A stretch of 14,065 bases of DNA. Source: Octopus sinensis (taxonomy: Eukaryota). The stretch spans positions 1 through 14,065 of the forward strand of contig NW_021825952.1 in NCBI RefSeq assembly GCF_006345805.1. Direction: 5' to 3'. This document shows, one piece after another, positions 1-9,060 of the stretch. The translations under genes and the position numbers were made by a program. The notes below the pieces were generated by a model. The model made no database searches and was not told the DNA's origin. It was given only the letters and a program-made list of their open reading frames with translations. Numbering within the stretch: the first letter of the stretch is position 1; each line of letters begins with the position of its first letter.

Positions 1-173
1 TTTCTTTCTTACTTTCTTTCTCTCTCTCTCTCTCTCTTTCTTTCTCTCTCTGTCTGTCTCTCTCATACACACATACACACACACTTGCACACATATGCAT
101 ATACATATTTTGTACGTGTGAATGTGCGCTATAAATGTGTGTGAGTGCATGTGTGTGTACATGTGTGTGTGTA

Positions 174-244
<71 letters not shown>

Positions 245-317
245 ACACACGCTCTCTGTCTTTCTCTCTCTGCCTCCCTCTCTCCCTCTCTCTCCCTCTC
301 TCCCTCTCTCTCCCTCT

Positions 318-348
<31 letters not shown>
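1..348. repeat. Compound microsatellite (CT)n/(CA)n/(GT)n/(TA)n/(CTCTCTCC)n
   Basis: Directly visible dinucleotide tracts; they account for the ORFs at 122-374. Confidence 0.95.
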
Positions 349-349
<1 letters not shown>

Positions 350-415
350 TACATCACATAAATTGACATATTGAGAAAATTTTTGTTTACACAGGTGGAT
401 TTCGAAAGTGAGTGC

Positions 416-730
416 ACGCACGTACACACACACACACCACAACACACACACAGTCACACACACAACTACACTCACGTATAAAGACGCATACACGCAGCAA
501 TACATTCACGCACGCACACATAAAAATTAACCAATATTTTCACATACTCACACATATGTACAGACACACATATATACAAACATATAAGCCTGTATACACA
601 TATGTATATACATATACACGCACCCATATAATATATATATATATGAGTATAATATCTATGTGTATATATATTATATATGAGTATACTATGTATGTGTGGA
701 TATATATATATATATGAGTATAATATGTAG

Positions 731-765
<35 letters not shown>

Positions 766-878
766 TATACTATATATGTGTGTATATATATATATATATA
801 TAGTTATATATAGATATATATGTGTGTATATATATATATATAGTTATATATAGATATATAGTTATAAATATATATGTA
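416..878. repeat. Degenerate (CA)n then (TA)n microsatellite with a GAGTAT-containing minisatellite
   Basis: CA/TA tracts; GAGTATAAT and GAGTATACT alternate at 645, 679, 716 and 763. Confidence 0.9.
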
Positions 879-1334
879 TTGCCGGCGTCATAAGAGAGGG
901 AGATTCGTGAGTTTTTAATTATCTAAGTCGTACTTTTAATATATTTTTTCTCGTTGGCGGGAAAATTCAGTGGCGCGTGCATGGCTAGACGTAAGTCTCC
1001 CCCTAGTCCCTAATCGAAATATCAATCAAAATTGTTGTCATTACGTTCACCATGACCTCTACGCTATCGGTTTACGCTAGAAGAGATGCAGTGTTCGGTG
1101 ATCCAGTTTCTGTGAGCTGAAGCTAGACCAGAAGCAAGCAGGCAGTCAGGCAAGCGGCAATCCGTCGAAGGCTTTCGGTGCAATATGGAAACAGTGAGTG
1201 TATTGTCGCTGAGAACAGACTCTAATTTCTTTGATGCAAGCAGAAAACAGAACAGCTGTGGAGTGAATGGTTGTGGACGTAACGGCGATCTTTAAATGAA
1301 TTAACGGCGAACGATGACTTCCCTGATCTCGTTT

Positions 1335-1580
1335 ATCTTTTATTTGTTTCAGTCATTGAACTGCGGCCGTACTGAGGGAATTACTTCGACGGGTTTTTGT
1401 CGAACATATCGACTTTGAGTACTTGAACTTTCTTTCCTTTTTTTTTGGTCAAACTTGGGTACTTAATATATATCTATATATCGCCTTCTTTAACCGGGCC
1501 GCTATGTTACGAGACATAAACAAACCAACACTGGTTGTCAAGCGCTGGGAGAGGGGGACAAAAACAAACGCACACAGATA
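1335..1580 (-). mobile_element. SINE family A, diverged 3' half only
   Basis: Aligns by eye to 9061-9260 (ttgtttcagtcatt..ctgcggcc; gacataaac.accaaca..ggttgtcaagc; gggggacaaa). Confidence 0.8.
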
Positions 1581-1593
1581 AATACATTCATAT

Positions 1594-1732
1594 CTCCCCT
1601 CCCTCTCCCTCTCTCTCTCTCTATATATATATATATGAACATATATAATTATAATTATATAATTATATACATATATGTATATGTATACACAGCTCTCTCT
1701 CTATGTATATATATATATATATATACGTATAT

Positions 1733-1775
<43 letters not shown>

Positions 1776-1850
1776 TATTGCATATACATATATTATAAAA
1801 CTCACAACTCACACACAATATCATATATATATTATATATATATGTGTGCA

Positions 1851-1888
<38 letters not shown>

Positions 1889-1900
1889 TGTGTATATATT
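1594..1900. repeat. (CT)n/(TA)n microsatellite
   Basis: Directly visible. Confidence 0.95.
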
Positions 1901-1984
1901 TATTTAATGTATGATAAATTTTTTCGAAAAATTTATCAATGGCCAGCATATTAAAAATTACCTTTAAAGGTTAAATTTATAAAC

Positions 1985-2247
1985 AACTTATGAATAAGGG
2001 CAAACGAAAAATTTTCTAATACCAAATATGCCGAAATTAGACACATTGTCCATAACCATTATAATTCTTCGCAATACGCACGCTACTCGAAAAAGGTCGA
2101 CAGAAAATTCTAAAAAATTCCATTATCACCATATCGGACCGATTTCAGGGTTAGTTCATAAGAACCCTCCCTTCGTCACTGATAAATGTGTCTAATTTCG
2201 GCATATTTGGCATTAGAAAGTTTTTCGTTTGCCCTTATTCATAAGTT
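1985..2247. mobile_element. Penelope-like element remnant: 63-bp inverted repeats enclosing a hammerhead-like motif
   Basis: Arms 1985-2047 and 2185-2247 match at 61/63 positions; a minus-strand hammerhead-like motif at 2132-2184 abuts the right arm. Inverted truncated termini plus a minimal hammerhead are typical of PLE insertions. Confidence 0.65.
2132..2184 (-). ncRNA. Degenerate minimal type-I hammerhead ribozyme motif
   Basis: Minus strand reads tatca-GTGACGA-agggagggttcttatgaactaaccct-GAAA-tcgg-TC-cgata: stem I tatc/gata, stem II aggg/ccct plus gttc/gaac, core C3 replaced by G. Confidence 0.6.
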
Positions 2248-2366
2248 ATGTGTATATATATATTTATATATATATATATATATGAAAGGTAATAGAACAG
2301 GAAATCATGTGATGGACTCCATTCCATAATTTTTTTGTTCCTTTTTCATTTACATAATCTCTCTGT

Positions 2367-2482
2367 ACATGGTTCCGAGTTCAGTTCCAGTGCTCTGTAC
2401 TCGACCAATGCCTTTCTCTGAATATTGAGTTCTTACTTACACCAGGTTATTAGCGTCCCCATGTCTAAGCGAAACGTGAAAA
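2367..2482 (+). mobile_element. SINE family A, highly degenerate, internally deleted fragment
   Basis: acatggttccgagttcagttcc matches the family B-box region; cgaccaatgcctt and cgtcccc..taagcg match downstream parts. Confidence 0.5.
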
Positions 2483-2501
2483 CATATATTTCTGCGCTTA
2501 A

Positions 2502-2596
2502 AAAGCTTTGGTTTGCACGGGCCGATAGTGGAAGACACACGACCGAGATGTCAAGCACTGGAACTGAACTCGGAACCCTGTAGTCACACCTGCGCT
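2502..2596 (-). mobile_element. SINE family A, diverged head fragment
   Basis: aagctttggt..atagtggaagacac..ggaactgaactcggaaccctgtagt aligns to 9340-9425. Confidence 0.75.
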
Positions 2597-2751
2597 TGAC
2601 GTTTGAAGTTCAAACTTAACATCGTAGTGAATAAAGAGAGAACAAGTGTAGTGACGCCGGCATAGGAGGTTTTCGCGCCAATAGAGAAACGCAAGTGCAT
2701 TGTGGATAATTAATGTATCGTATGCAACCGCAAGCACACTTATAATGCTAT

Positions 2752-2923
2752 GATATAAATACATACATACATACATACATATATATACTTACACGTACGC
2801 ACATACATATATAAATGTATTGTAGCTGTATTCTTTTCAGTCTTTTATGAATGAAGGAATATATTTTCAATATGTTTATAGATTAACATTTAGAGATAAA
2901 CAAACATACACACAGATTCAGAT

Positions 2924-2962
<39 letters not shown>

Positions 2963-3178
2963 TACATGCAAACATGCTCACATATATACATACACACAGA
3001 TACATATATACATATATAGGTATACATATGCATTTGCATAATATATATATATATACATATATATACATATATATGCATATATATATATGTATATATATAT
3101 GTAAATGTAAATAAATATATATATACAGACATGTATACATGTATATCTATGCATATATATAATACATACCTATATATA

Positions 3179-3210
<32 letters not shown>

Positions 3211-3300
3211 CGTATATAATATGCAATAACACACATGCACATATATTTATATATGATTCTATATTTATCTGTGTGTGCGTGTGTGTTTATGTGTATCTGC
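2752..3300. repeat. Compound (TACA)n/(CA)n/(TA)n/(GT)n microsatellites
   Basis: Directly visible. Confidence 0.9.
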
Positions 3301-4295
3301 GTGCGCAATGATTTTTTTTAAGCTTAATCTTCACGTATCGCAACTATGATCTTTCGCATCCCAGATTTTGAAAGCGATAATAGAAATGAAATAAAAATTG
3401 TATGTTGATATTTGAAATAAATAACGGCTGAATTCGCGATATATGAACAAAACGAAAATAGTTTGGAATAGTTTGGAACGTTTGACCTCATGATATAGGT
3501 CTTACATTCAATCGTTAGATATTTCGAAATATTTCTACTAAAGCTTCGATTGATAGCAACACAATGTTAACCCATTGCGAGTCTCTAGAATGGAAACCGT
3601 ATAGAACAGTATATAGAATTTTCCAGAAATTCACATATTAATACCACTATTACACTGACTTCAGGGTTGGCATATTCTAATATATTATAAATAATTTTAA
3701 TGCTTGCAATGTCGTGACAAATGAAGACCTAATATGTTTAACATGTTTCTGAAAGTATATATGTTAATCATATCTTCACTTGAAATGTTTTCCAGTCAGA
3801 CCAATGTAATCTTTAGAAATAGAAATCATTAACCATTAATATTTTTGCGAAATATACATCGGAACTAGAGAGACATAAATTACTTAAGGGACAAGTTAAA
3901 GGATTAAATCAATTACACACACTGAACTGCTTAAAATAGGAATAGGGTTCCAATATTTTTATTATTCTTATCAATTCTGTTGCAAAGTTTTCGGACAATG
4001 AAAATTGAATTTCACATTACATCTATGAGTGCTTGGGCTAAATTTTTTGAGTGGTATACGTGCGTACATTAAGATAAAACAGTTGATTGACTTCTAAGGA
4101 ACCGGCTTGAGTGTGTGTGTGTTTGTGGGTGTATATGTATGTGTATATAAATATTTATGTTAGTGTTGCGTTGTCATATAAATTCGTTCGTTTGTATTTT
4201 CTACCATACTCTCCCTTGTTGCATTCTGAGATGTGGTAAAATTTACTCAAATTTCAAAACCGATAAACAAAACTTGTAGAGAATGAACAGAGCTA

Positions 4296-4545
4296 CAACA
4301 CACACACACAAACACACACCTAAACACAGACAGACACACACACATACATACACACATACACACACAGACACAAACACACACATACATACATATATACACA
4401 CACACAGACACATACATACATATATACACACACAGACACATACACATAAATATACAGTCACACACAAACACATACACACGCACACACAAACACACACCCA
4501 TACCCAACCTACACACATACAAACACACACACACATACACACACA
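4296..4545. repeat. Degenerate (CA)n microsatellite
   Basis: Directly visible. Confidence 0.95.
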
Positions 4546-4649
4546 AAAAACACTTCGAGCAAAATATTTTTGCGTTAGTTCATATAACATTGGAAAGCAT
4601 TAAAACGAACGAATTATTCTGCTGACCAAATATTATTGATGTTACTAAA

Positions 4650-4830
4650 CTTATTAAAACCACTAAATTTTGATGCCTCATTAAAATACGCAGCTGGTTT
4701 GTTAAATAAAGATACATCAAACAAAACTGCGGGTAAACATATATTGATGTTTTCACTAAATTGTTTTTTAATAACAGACGAACTATTAAAAGTTTCCATT
4801 TATATTCTATAACTTTTAATTTAGCGATCG
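4650..4830 (-). pseudogene. Possible decayed Penelope-like RT C-terminal/linker coding fragment
   Basis: Translation NSSSVIKKQFSENINICLPAVLFDVSLFNKPAAYFNEASKFSGF resembles the PLE pattern SNHPPSIIKQ...FNK.A.YYNEAL..SGF, recalled from memory and not searched. Confidence 0.45.
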
Positions 4831-4949
4831 AGTGGCTAATTTTTAAGTGGTTTTTAAAAGTAAAATAATACAGGTATAACACCAACATTTCGGATACAGC
4901 TGGTGCATAACCTCTTATAATCTTTACTAATTAATGAGCAGGAACTTCA

Positions 4950-5307
4950 AGTGGAGGCGCAATGGCCCAATGGTTAGGGCAGCGGACTCGCGGTTTCGAT
5001 TCCCAGGCCGGGCGTTGTGTGTGTTTATTGAGCGAAAACACCTAAAGCTCCACGAGGCTCCGGCAGGGGGTGGTAGCGACTCCTGTTGTACTCTTTCGCT
5101 CCAACTTTCTCTCACTCTTTCTTCCTGTTTCTTGTCTCTGATTTCCTAGGCAACCGCCGAGCCTGGATGCACATTCATCCATCCGTCAATGCTCTCGGTG
5201 TCGGGGGTTGACTGCTATCTCTTCTGCGGGTCTTCCGAATAGCAAAGGACCACGTTTCGAACTTCACCCATCTTGCGAGCTCTGGGACGAAGACCGCTTC
5301 GCTCAAC
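4950..5307 (+). mobile_element. tRNA-derived SINE (family C), full-length insertion with 13-bp TSD
   Basis: A box TGGCCCAATGG 4963-4973; B box GGTTTCGATTCCC 4992-5004; perfect flanking direct repeat AGCAGGAACTTCA at 4937-4949 and 5308-5320; GC-rich body in AT-rich context. Confidence 0.9.
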
Positions 5308-5980
5308 AGCAGGAACTTCAGATTTCCACGGCCACCAGACAAATTTATTGGTACCTTGTAGAGACTAATATCCCGCACCGTACTGTATTAATGAATACGT
5401 ATTATATATATTAATATATAGCTACCTGTAGTAAATAATTTAATTATTGAAGTATATTTAATATTTGCTTAATTCAGAGGTGATTACACCTGGTTCGGAA
5501 AAATCAATAATCCGGAAAAATCTTGGAGCTAAAGGTTCCGAAAAAAATCCATCTTGTACCTGCATATGAAATATTTAACCATAAGTGAGTGAATATCGAA
5601 AGTTATTTATTTGGAATCTCTGAATAATTAAATGAAATATATTCTGAAATTATTTAGCTGTTTAGAATTCACATTACATTTTAGAATAATTCCGTTATCA
5701 CGATATAAAATCAGTTGGGAAATTATTTTAATGTATTATGCAATAAATGAGAAACATCAAAAAAAAAAAAAAGAAAGAAAGAAAACCCCCTCAGAATCTC
5801 GACGACTCATAATCACACGCAAACAATTAGATCAATTAGCTTTATTTACGCATTGAGCTTTATTGAAGGAAATTAATGATCTTCTGGCATGCATAATTAT
5901 TTTTAATATCGGAATCACTGACTGGTGCCGCAATTCCCGGCGAAAATTCATAATTTTTCTCGCGAAGATTGAGTTACAAG

Positions 5981-6068
5981 CACAGGTGTGGCTGTCTGGT
6001 TAAGAAGGTCGCTTGGCAGCCATGTGGGTTCGTGTTCGATCTCAATGCGCGGTACCCTGGACGATTCT
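5981..6068 (+). mobile_element. SINE family A-related tRNA head (older copy, interrupted)
   Basis: TGGCTGTCTGG A box and GTGTTCGATCTC B-box-like; the body appears to resume at about 6394-6468. Confidence 0.65.
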
Positions 6069-6392
6069 TTCTTTTATTCTTTTACTTGTCTCAATCAAAC
6101 AAAGCGACCCCAGGACTTATTCTTTATAAGCCTAGTAATTATCCTGTCGGTCGTAAACAAACCAGCATTGGTTGTCAAGCGATGGATGGTGGGCACAAAC
6201 CCAGACACACACAAATATATACATATATAAATATATACGACAAGCTTCTTTCAATTTCCGTCTACCAAATCCACTCACAGGGCTTCGGTCGGCCAGAGGC
6301 TATAGTAGAAGACACTTGCCCAAGGTACCAGCAGCGGGACTGAACCCGGGATCATGTGGTTGCAAAGCAAGCTGCTTACCACATAGCCACAC
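6069..6392 (-). mobile_element. SINE family A, near full-length with internal deletions
   Basis: Collinear with 9061-9450; deletions near 6095 and 6150. Confidence 0.9.
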
Positions 6393-6393
6393 A

Positions 6394-6468
6394 TTCTACT
6401 ATATCGTCAGGTTGGGTTATGCTTTGTAAGTGAATCTGTTGGGCGAAACGACACGAAAGCCAGTCATA
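6394..6468 (+). mobile_element. SINE family A, continuation of the older + copy
   Basis: ttctactata..ttgtaagtgaatctg..aagccagtcata resembles ttctactatagc..ttgtgaatggatttg..aagcccgtcgta. Confidence 0.5.
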
Positions 6469-6643
6469 ATATCCTAATGGCCTAATATTCTCCTTCTGAG
6501 TGACATGGAATGCAAACTTCGTGTGATATCATGAAAGTATAACATTATCACAAACATCTCAATTAGCACAAGCGGATCCGGATGATTACGTAAATATCTT
6601 ATTCCATAAAAACATATATACTCTTAATTCCATAATTGCCCAC

Positions 6644-6966
6644 GGCATATGGCGTAGTGGTTAAGAGCGCGGGCTACTAAACCCAAGATTTCGAGTTCGA
6701 TTCCAGGCAGTGACCTGAATAATAATAATAATAATAATAGTAATGATAATAATAATAATATTAATAATAATAATAATAATAACATCGAAAAATACCTTAG
6801 GAATGAGAACCTAGGTTCGAAATTTCCCCAAGACACTTGATGAAGGCTGGAGGGGATATCAGCCGAAACGTTGTGTTAACAACAAACAAGATGAGGACAA
6901 ATGTCCGTCAAATGAAATAATGTAAATAATGCAGATAATTCATCATCTCTTAAATATAGAACTGTA
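6644..6966 (+). mobile_element. tRNA-headed SINE-like element with internal (AAT)n and hammerhead-bearing PLE-like tail
   Basis: A box TGGCGTAGTGG 6650-6660; B box GAGTTCGATTCC 6693-6704; (AAT)n 6718-6782; hammerhead-like motif 6832-6877; AT-rich tail. Ends approximate, no TSD found. Confidence 0.7.
6832..6877 (+). ncRNA. Minimal type-I hammerhead ribozyme motif (C3U variant)
   Basis: gacac-TTGATGA-a-ggctg-gaggggatat-cagcc-GAAA-cg-TT-gtgtt: stem I gacac/gtgtt, stem II ggctg/cagcc, palindromic AACGTT in place of stem III. Confidence 0.65.
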
Positions 6967-6974
6967 TTATATAC

Positions 6975-7160
6975 TCATATACTTGGGGATGGTCATATTT
7001 TTGCCAATTAAACACACGCACTGTATATTTGGTCTTCACTTCAGCTTTCTTGGTATTAGTTCAGTTTGTTTGTCAAACTTCTTTCGTCACACGTCCTGTG
7101 ACCTCTTCAACGACTCTCGATCGCACGTGTTTCATCTTGTTCAAATACATAAACCTATAC
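6975..7160 (-). mobile_element. Probable Penelope-like pLTR remnant
   Basis: Contains the hammerhead-like motif 7072-7114 followed on the minus strand by an A-rich tail; boundaries approximate. Confidence 0.5.
7072..7114 (-). ncRNA. Minimal type-I hammerhead ribozyme motif (C3U variant)
   Basis: Minus strand reads gtcg-TTGAAGA-g-gtcaca-ggacg-tgtgac-GAAA-gaag-TT-tgac: stem I gtcg/tgac, perfect 6-bp stem II. Confidence 0.65.
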
Positions 7161-7289
7161 ATATATTGTGACCAGCATGAAGCCTTCTGCCTGTTTCCCT
7201 TCGTGTGACCGCAACTCATCCTTTACTGCAATTATTCAATGCAATTGACCAAGTCCCCAAAATGTTTTGTTGAAACCGTTTAACTATAA

Positions 7290-7393
7290 ATACACACACA
7301 CACATACACTTCATGTAAGTTTACATGTGTTGTGCGTATATATGTCTGCGGGATATATATATATATATATGTATTATGTGTTGTGGATGTATC

Positions 7394-7431
<38 letters not shown>

Positions 7432-7447
7432 GTGTGTATATATATAT

Positions 7448-7502
<55 letters not shown>

Positions 7503-7530
7503 CGTATATATGTATATATACATATACACT
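7290..7530. repeat. (TA)n-rich microsatellite
   Basis: Directly visible. Confidence 0.9.
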
Positions 7531-7672
7531 GTCTACCAAATACACTCACAAAGTTTTGTCGGCCTGCAGCTATAGTAGAACACACATGCTCAAGGTGCCA
7601 CGCAGTGGAGCTGAACCCGAAAACCATGTGGCTGGAAAGCAAGCTTCTTACCACATAGCCATGCCTGTACCT
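7531..7672 (-). mobile_element. SINE family A, 5' (tRNA head) half
   Basis: Collinear with 9320-9461. Confidence 0.9.
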
Positions 7673-7775
7673 GTATATATATTGTATGTGTATATACACA
7701 TATATACATAATATATATAAAACATATATATATATATATATATATAAAGATTAAATATAAATATAATATATATAT

Positions 7776-7807
<32 letters not shown>

Positions 7808-7811
7808 CATA

Positions 7812-7904
<93 letters not shown>

Positions 7905-7905
7905 A
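7673..7905. repeat. (TA)n microsatellite
   Basis: Directly visible. Confidence 0.95.
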
Positions 7906-8203
7906 ACTCGCATATGCATATAATAATTGACAATGTGTGTAGAAATGCGTGATACAAAGTTCACAGTTGACTTCACCGAATTCGCCCACAATGACATGAA
8001 CTTAACCACAAAGGTTACTGAAGGCGTCACACACCTGTTGTTATGGTGACACTCCTTAGCAACACATGCACTCGACTCGGGTACATTCATGACTTCTGAA
8101 ACGACGACGCCTCAATTTATCTGGGTAGGTCGGGTGGAAAAGTAAACTGCGCACTGGATGGTCAGACTCCTTGAAGAATATCAGACCAGCCAAGACATAA
8201 GCG

Positions 8204-8545
8204 ACCACTACTACTACCACCACCACCACCACCACCACAACCACCACCACCACCGCTGCCGCCGCCGCCGCCACCATCACCACCATCACCACCACCTCCT
8301 CCTCCACCAACGCCAGCACCTTAACCTTCCACAACCATCACCATCACCAATACCACAATCATCACGACTGCCACTACCACCACCACCACCACCACCGGTA
8401 TCACCGCCGCCGCCACACCACCACCACCACTACTGCCACTGCCACTGCCACCACAACCACCACCATCACCACCACCAATACCACCGCCACCGCCAACACC
8501 ACACCCTACATCACCATCGTCATCCCTGCCGGCGCCACTACAGCC
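8204..8545. repeat. Degenerate (CAC)n/(CGC)n trinucleotide repeat
   Basis: Directly visible; produces the poly-His/Pro and poly-Val ORFs. Confidence 0.95.
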
Positions 8546-8825
8546 ATCGTGGGCCGCTCATAATCGTTATTTGATGTAAGCCTACTACTGTTGCCATGGA
8601 TACAGACGTAATAACCTCAACAAGCATTCGCACTCACACACATTACATAAACACATTTGCACACAAACACACAGAATATTCATGAATAAGTAACTACACA
8701 CACACACACACACAAATACAGTTTTAATTCTCATACATCGTTGGTATTCTGTGTGTGTGTGTGTGTGTGTCGGTTTTCCTCTTTCAAACTCTCTCCTCTC
8801 TCTTAGTGAGAATTTCTGTCTGTAT

Positions 8826-8990
8826 CGCAGGAGTAGCTGTGTGGTAAAAAGCTGGCTTCCCAACCACATGGTTCCGGGTTCAGTCCCGCTGCGTGGCACC
8901 TTCAGCCAGTTTCTTCTTCTATAGCTTCTGGCCGACCAAAGTCTTGTGACTGGATTTAGCAGACGGATAATGAAAGAAGCCCGTCGTATA
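8826..8990 (+). mobile_element. SINE family A, 5' half
   Basis: TAGCTGTGTGG A box and GGTTCAGTCCC B box; reverse complement of 9294-9458 with about 21 mismatches in 165 nt by hand count. Confidence 0.92.
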
Positions 8991-9010
8991 GATATATATA
9001 TATATATTAT

Positions 9011-9054
<44 letters not shown>

Positions 9055-9060
9055 TATATA

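Noticed and set aside
2498-2776. 92-aa minus-strand ORF
   Set aside because: Starts in a microsatellite and ends in a SINE fragment; no recognisable domain.
3457-3478. AATAGTTTGG tandem duplication
   Set aside because: Trivial 10-bp slippage duplication.
3736-3780. Possible fourth hammerhead on minus strand (GTGAAGA...GAAA-catg-TT)
   Set aside because: Palindromic ACATGT is suggestive, but stems I and II barely pair.
4885-4920. Hammerhead-like stem plus GAAA on minus strand
   Set aside because: The CUGANGA core is unrecognisable and stem I is absent.
5969-6429. ORFs containing QGFGRPEAIVEDTC (also at 9224 and 12418)
   Set aside because: Antisense translation of SINE family A, not a gene family.
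6644-6716. Functional tRNA gene
   Set aside because: A and B boxes are present but the acceptor stem does not pair and no oligo-T terminator follows; it is a SINE-type head.
8158-8574. His/Pro-rich 138-aa ORF
   Set aside because: Arises from the (CAC)n microsatellite; no independent coding evidence.
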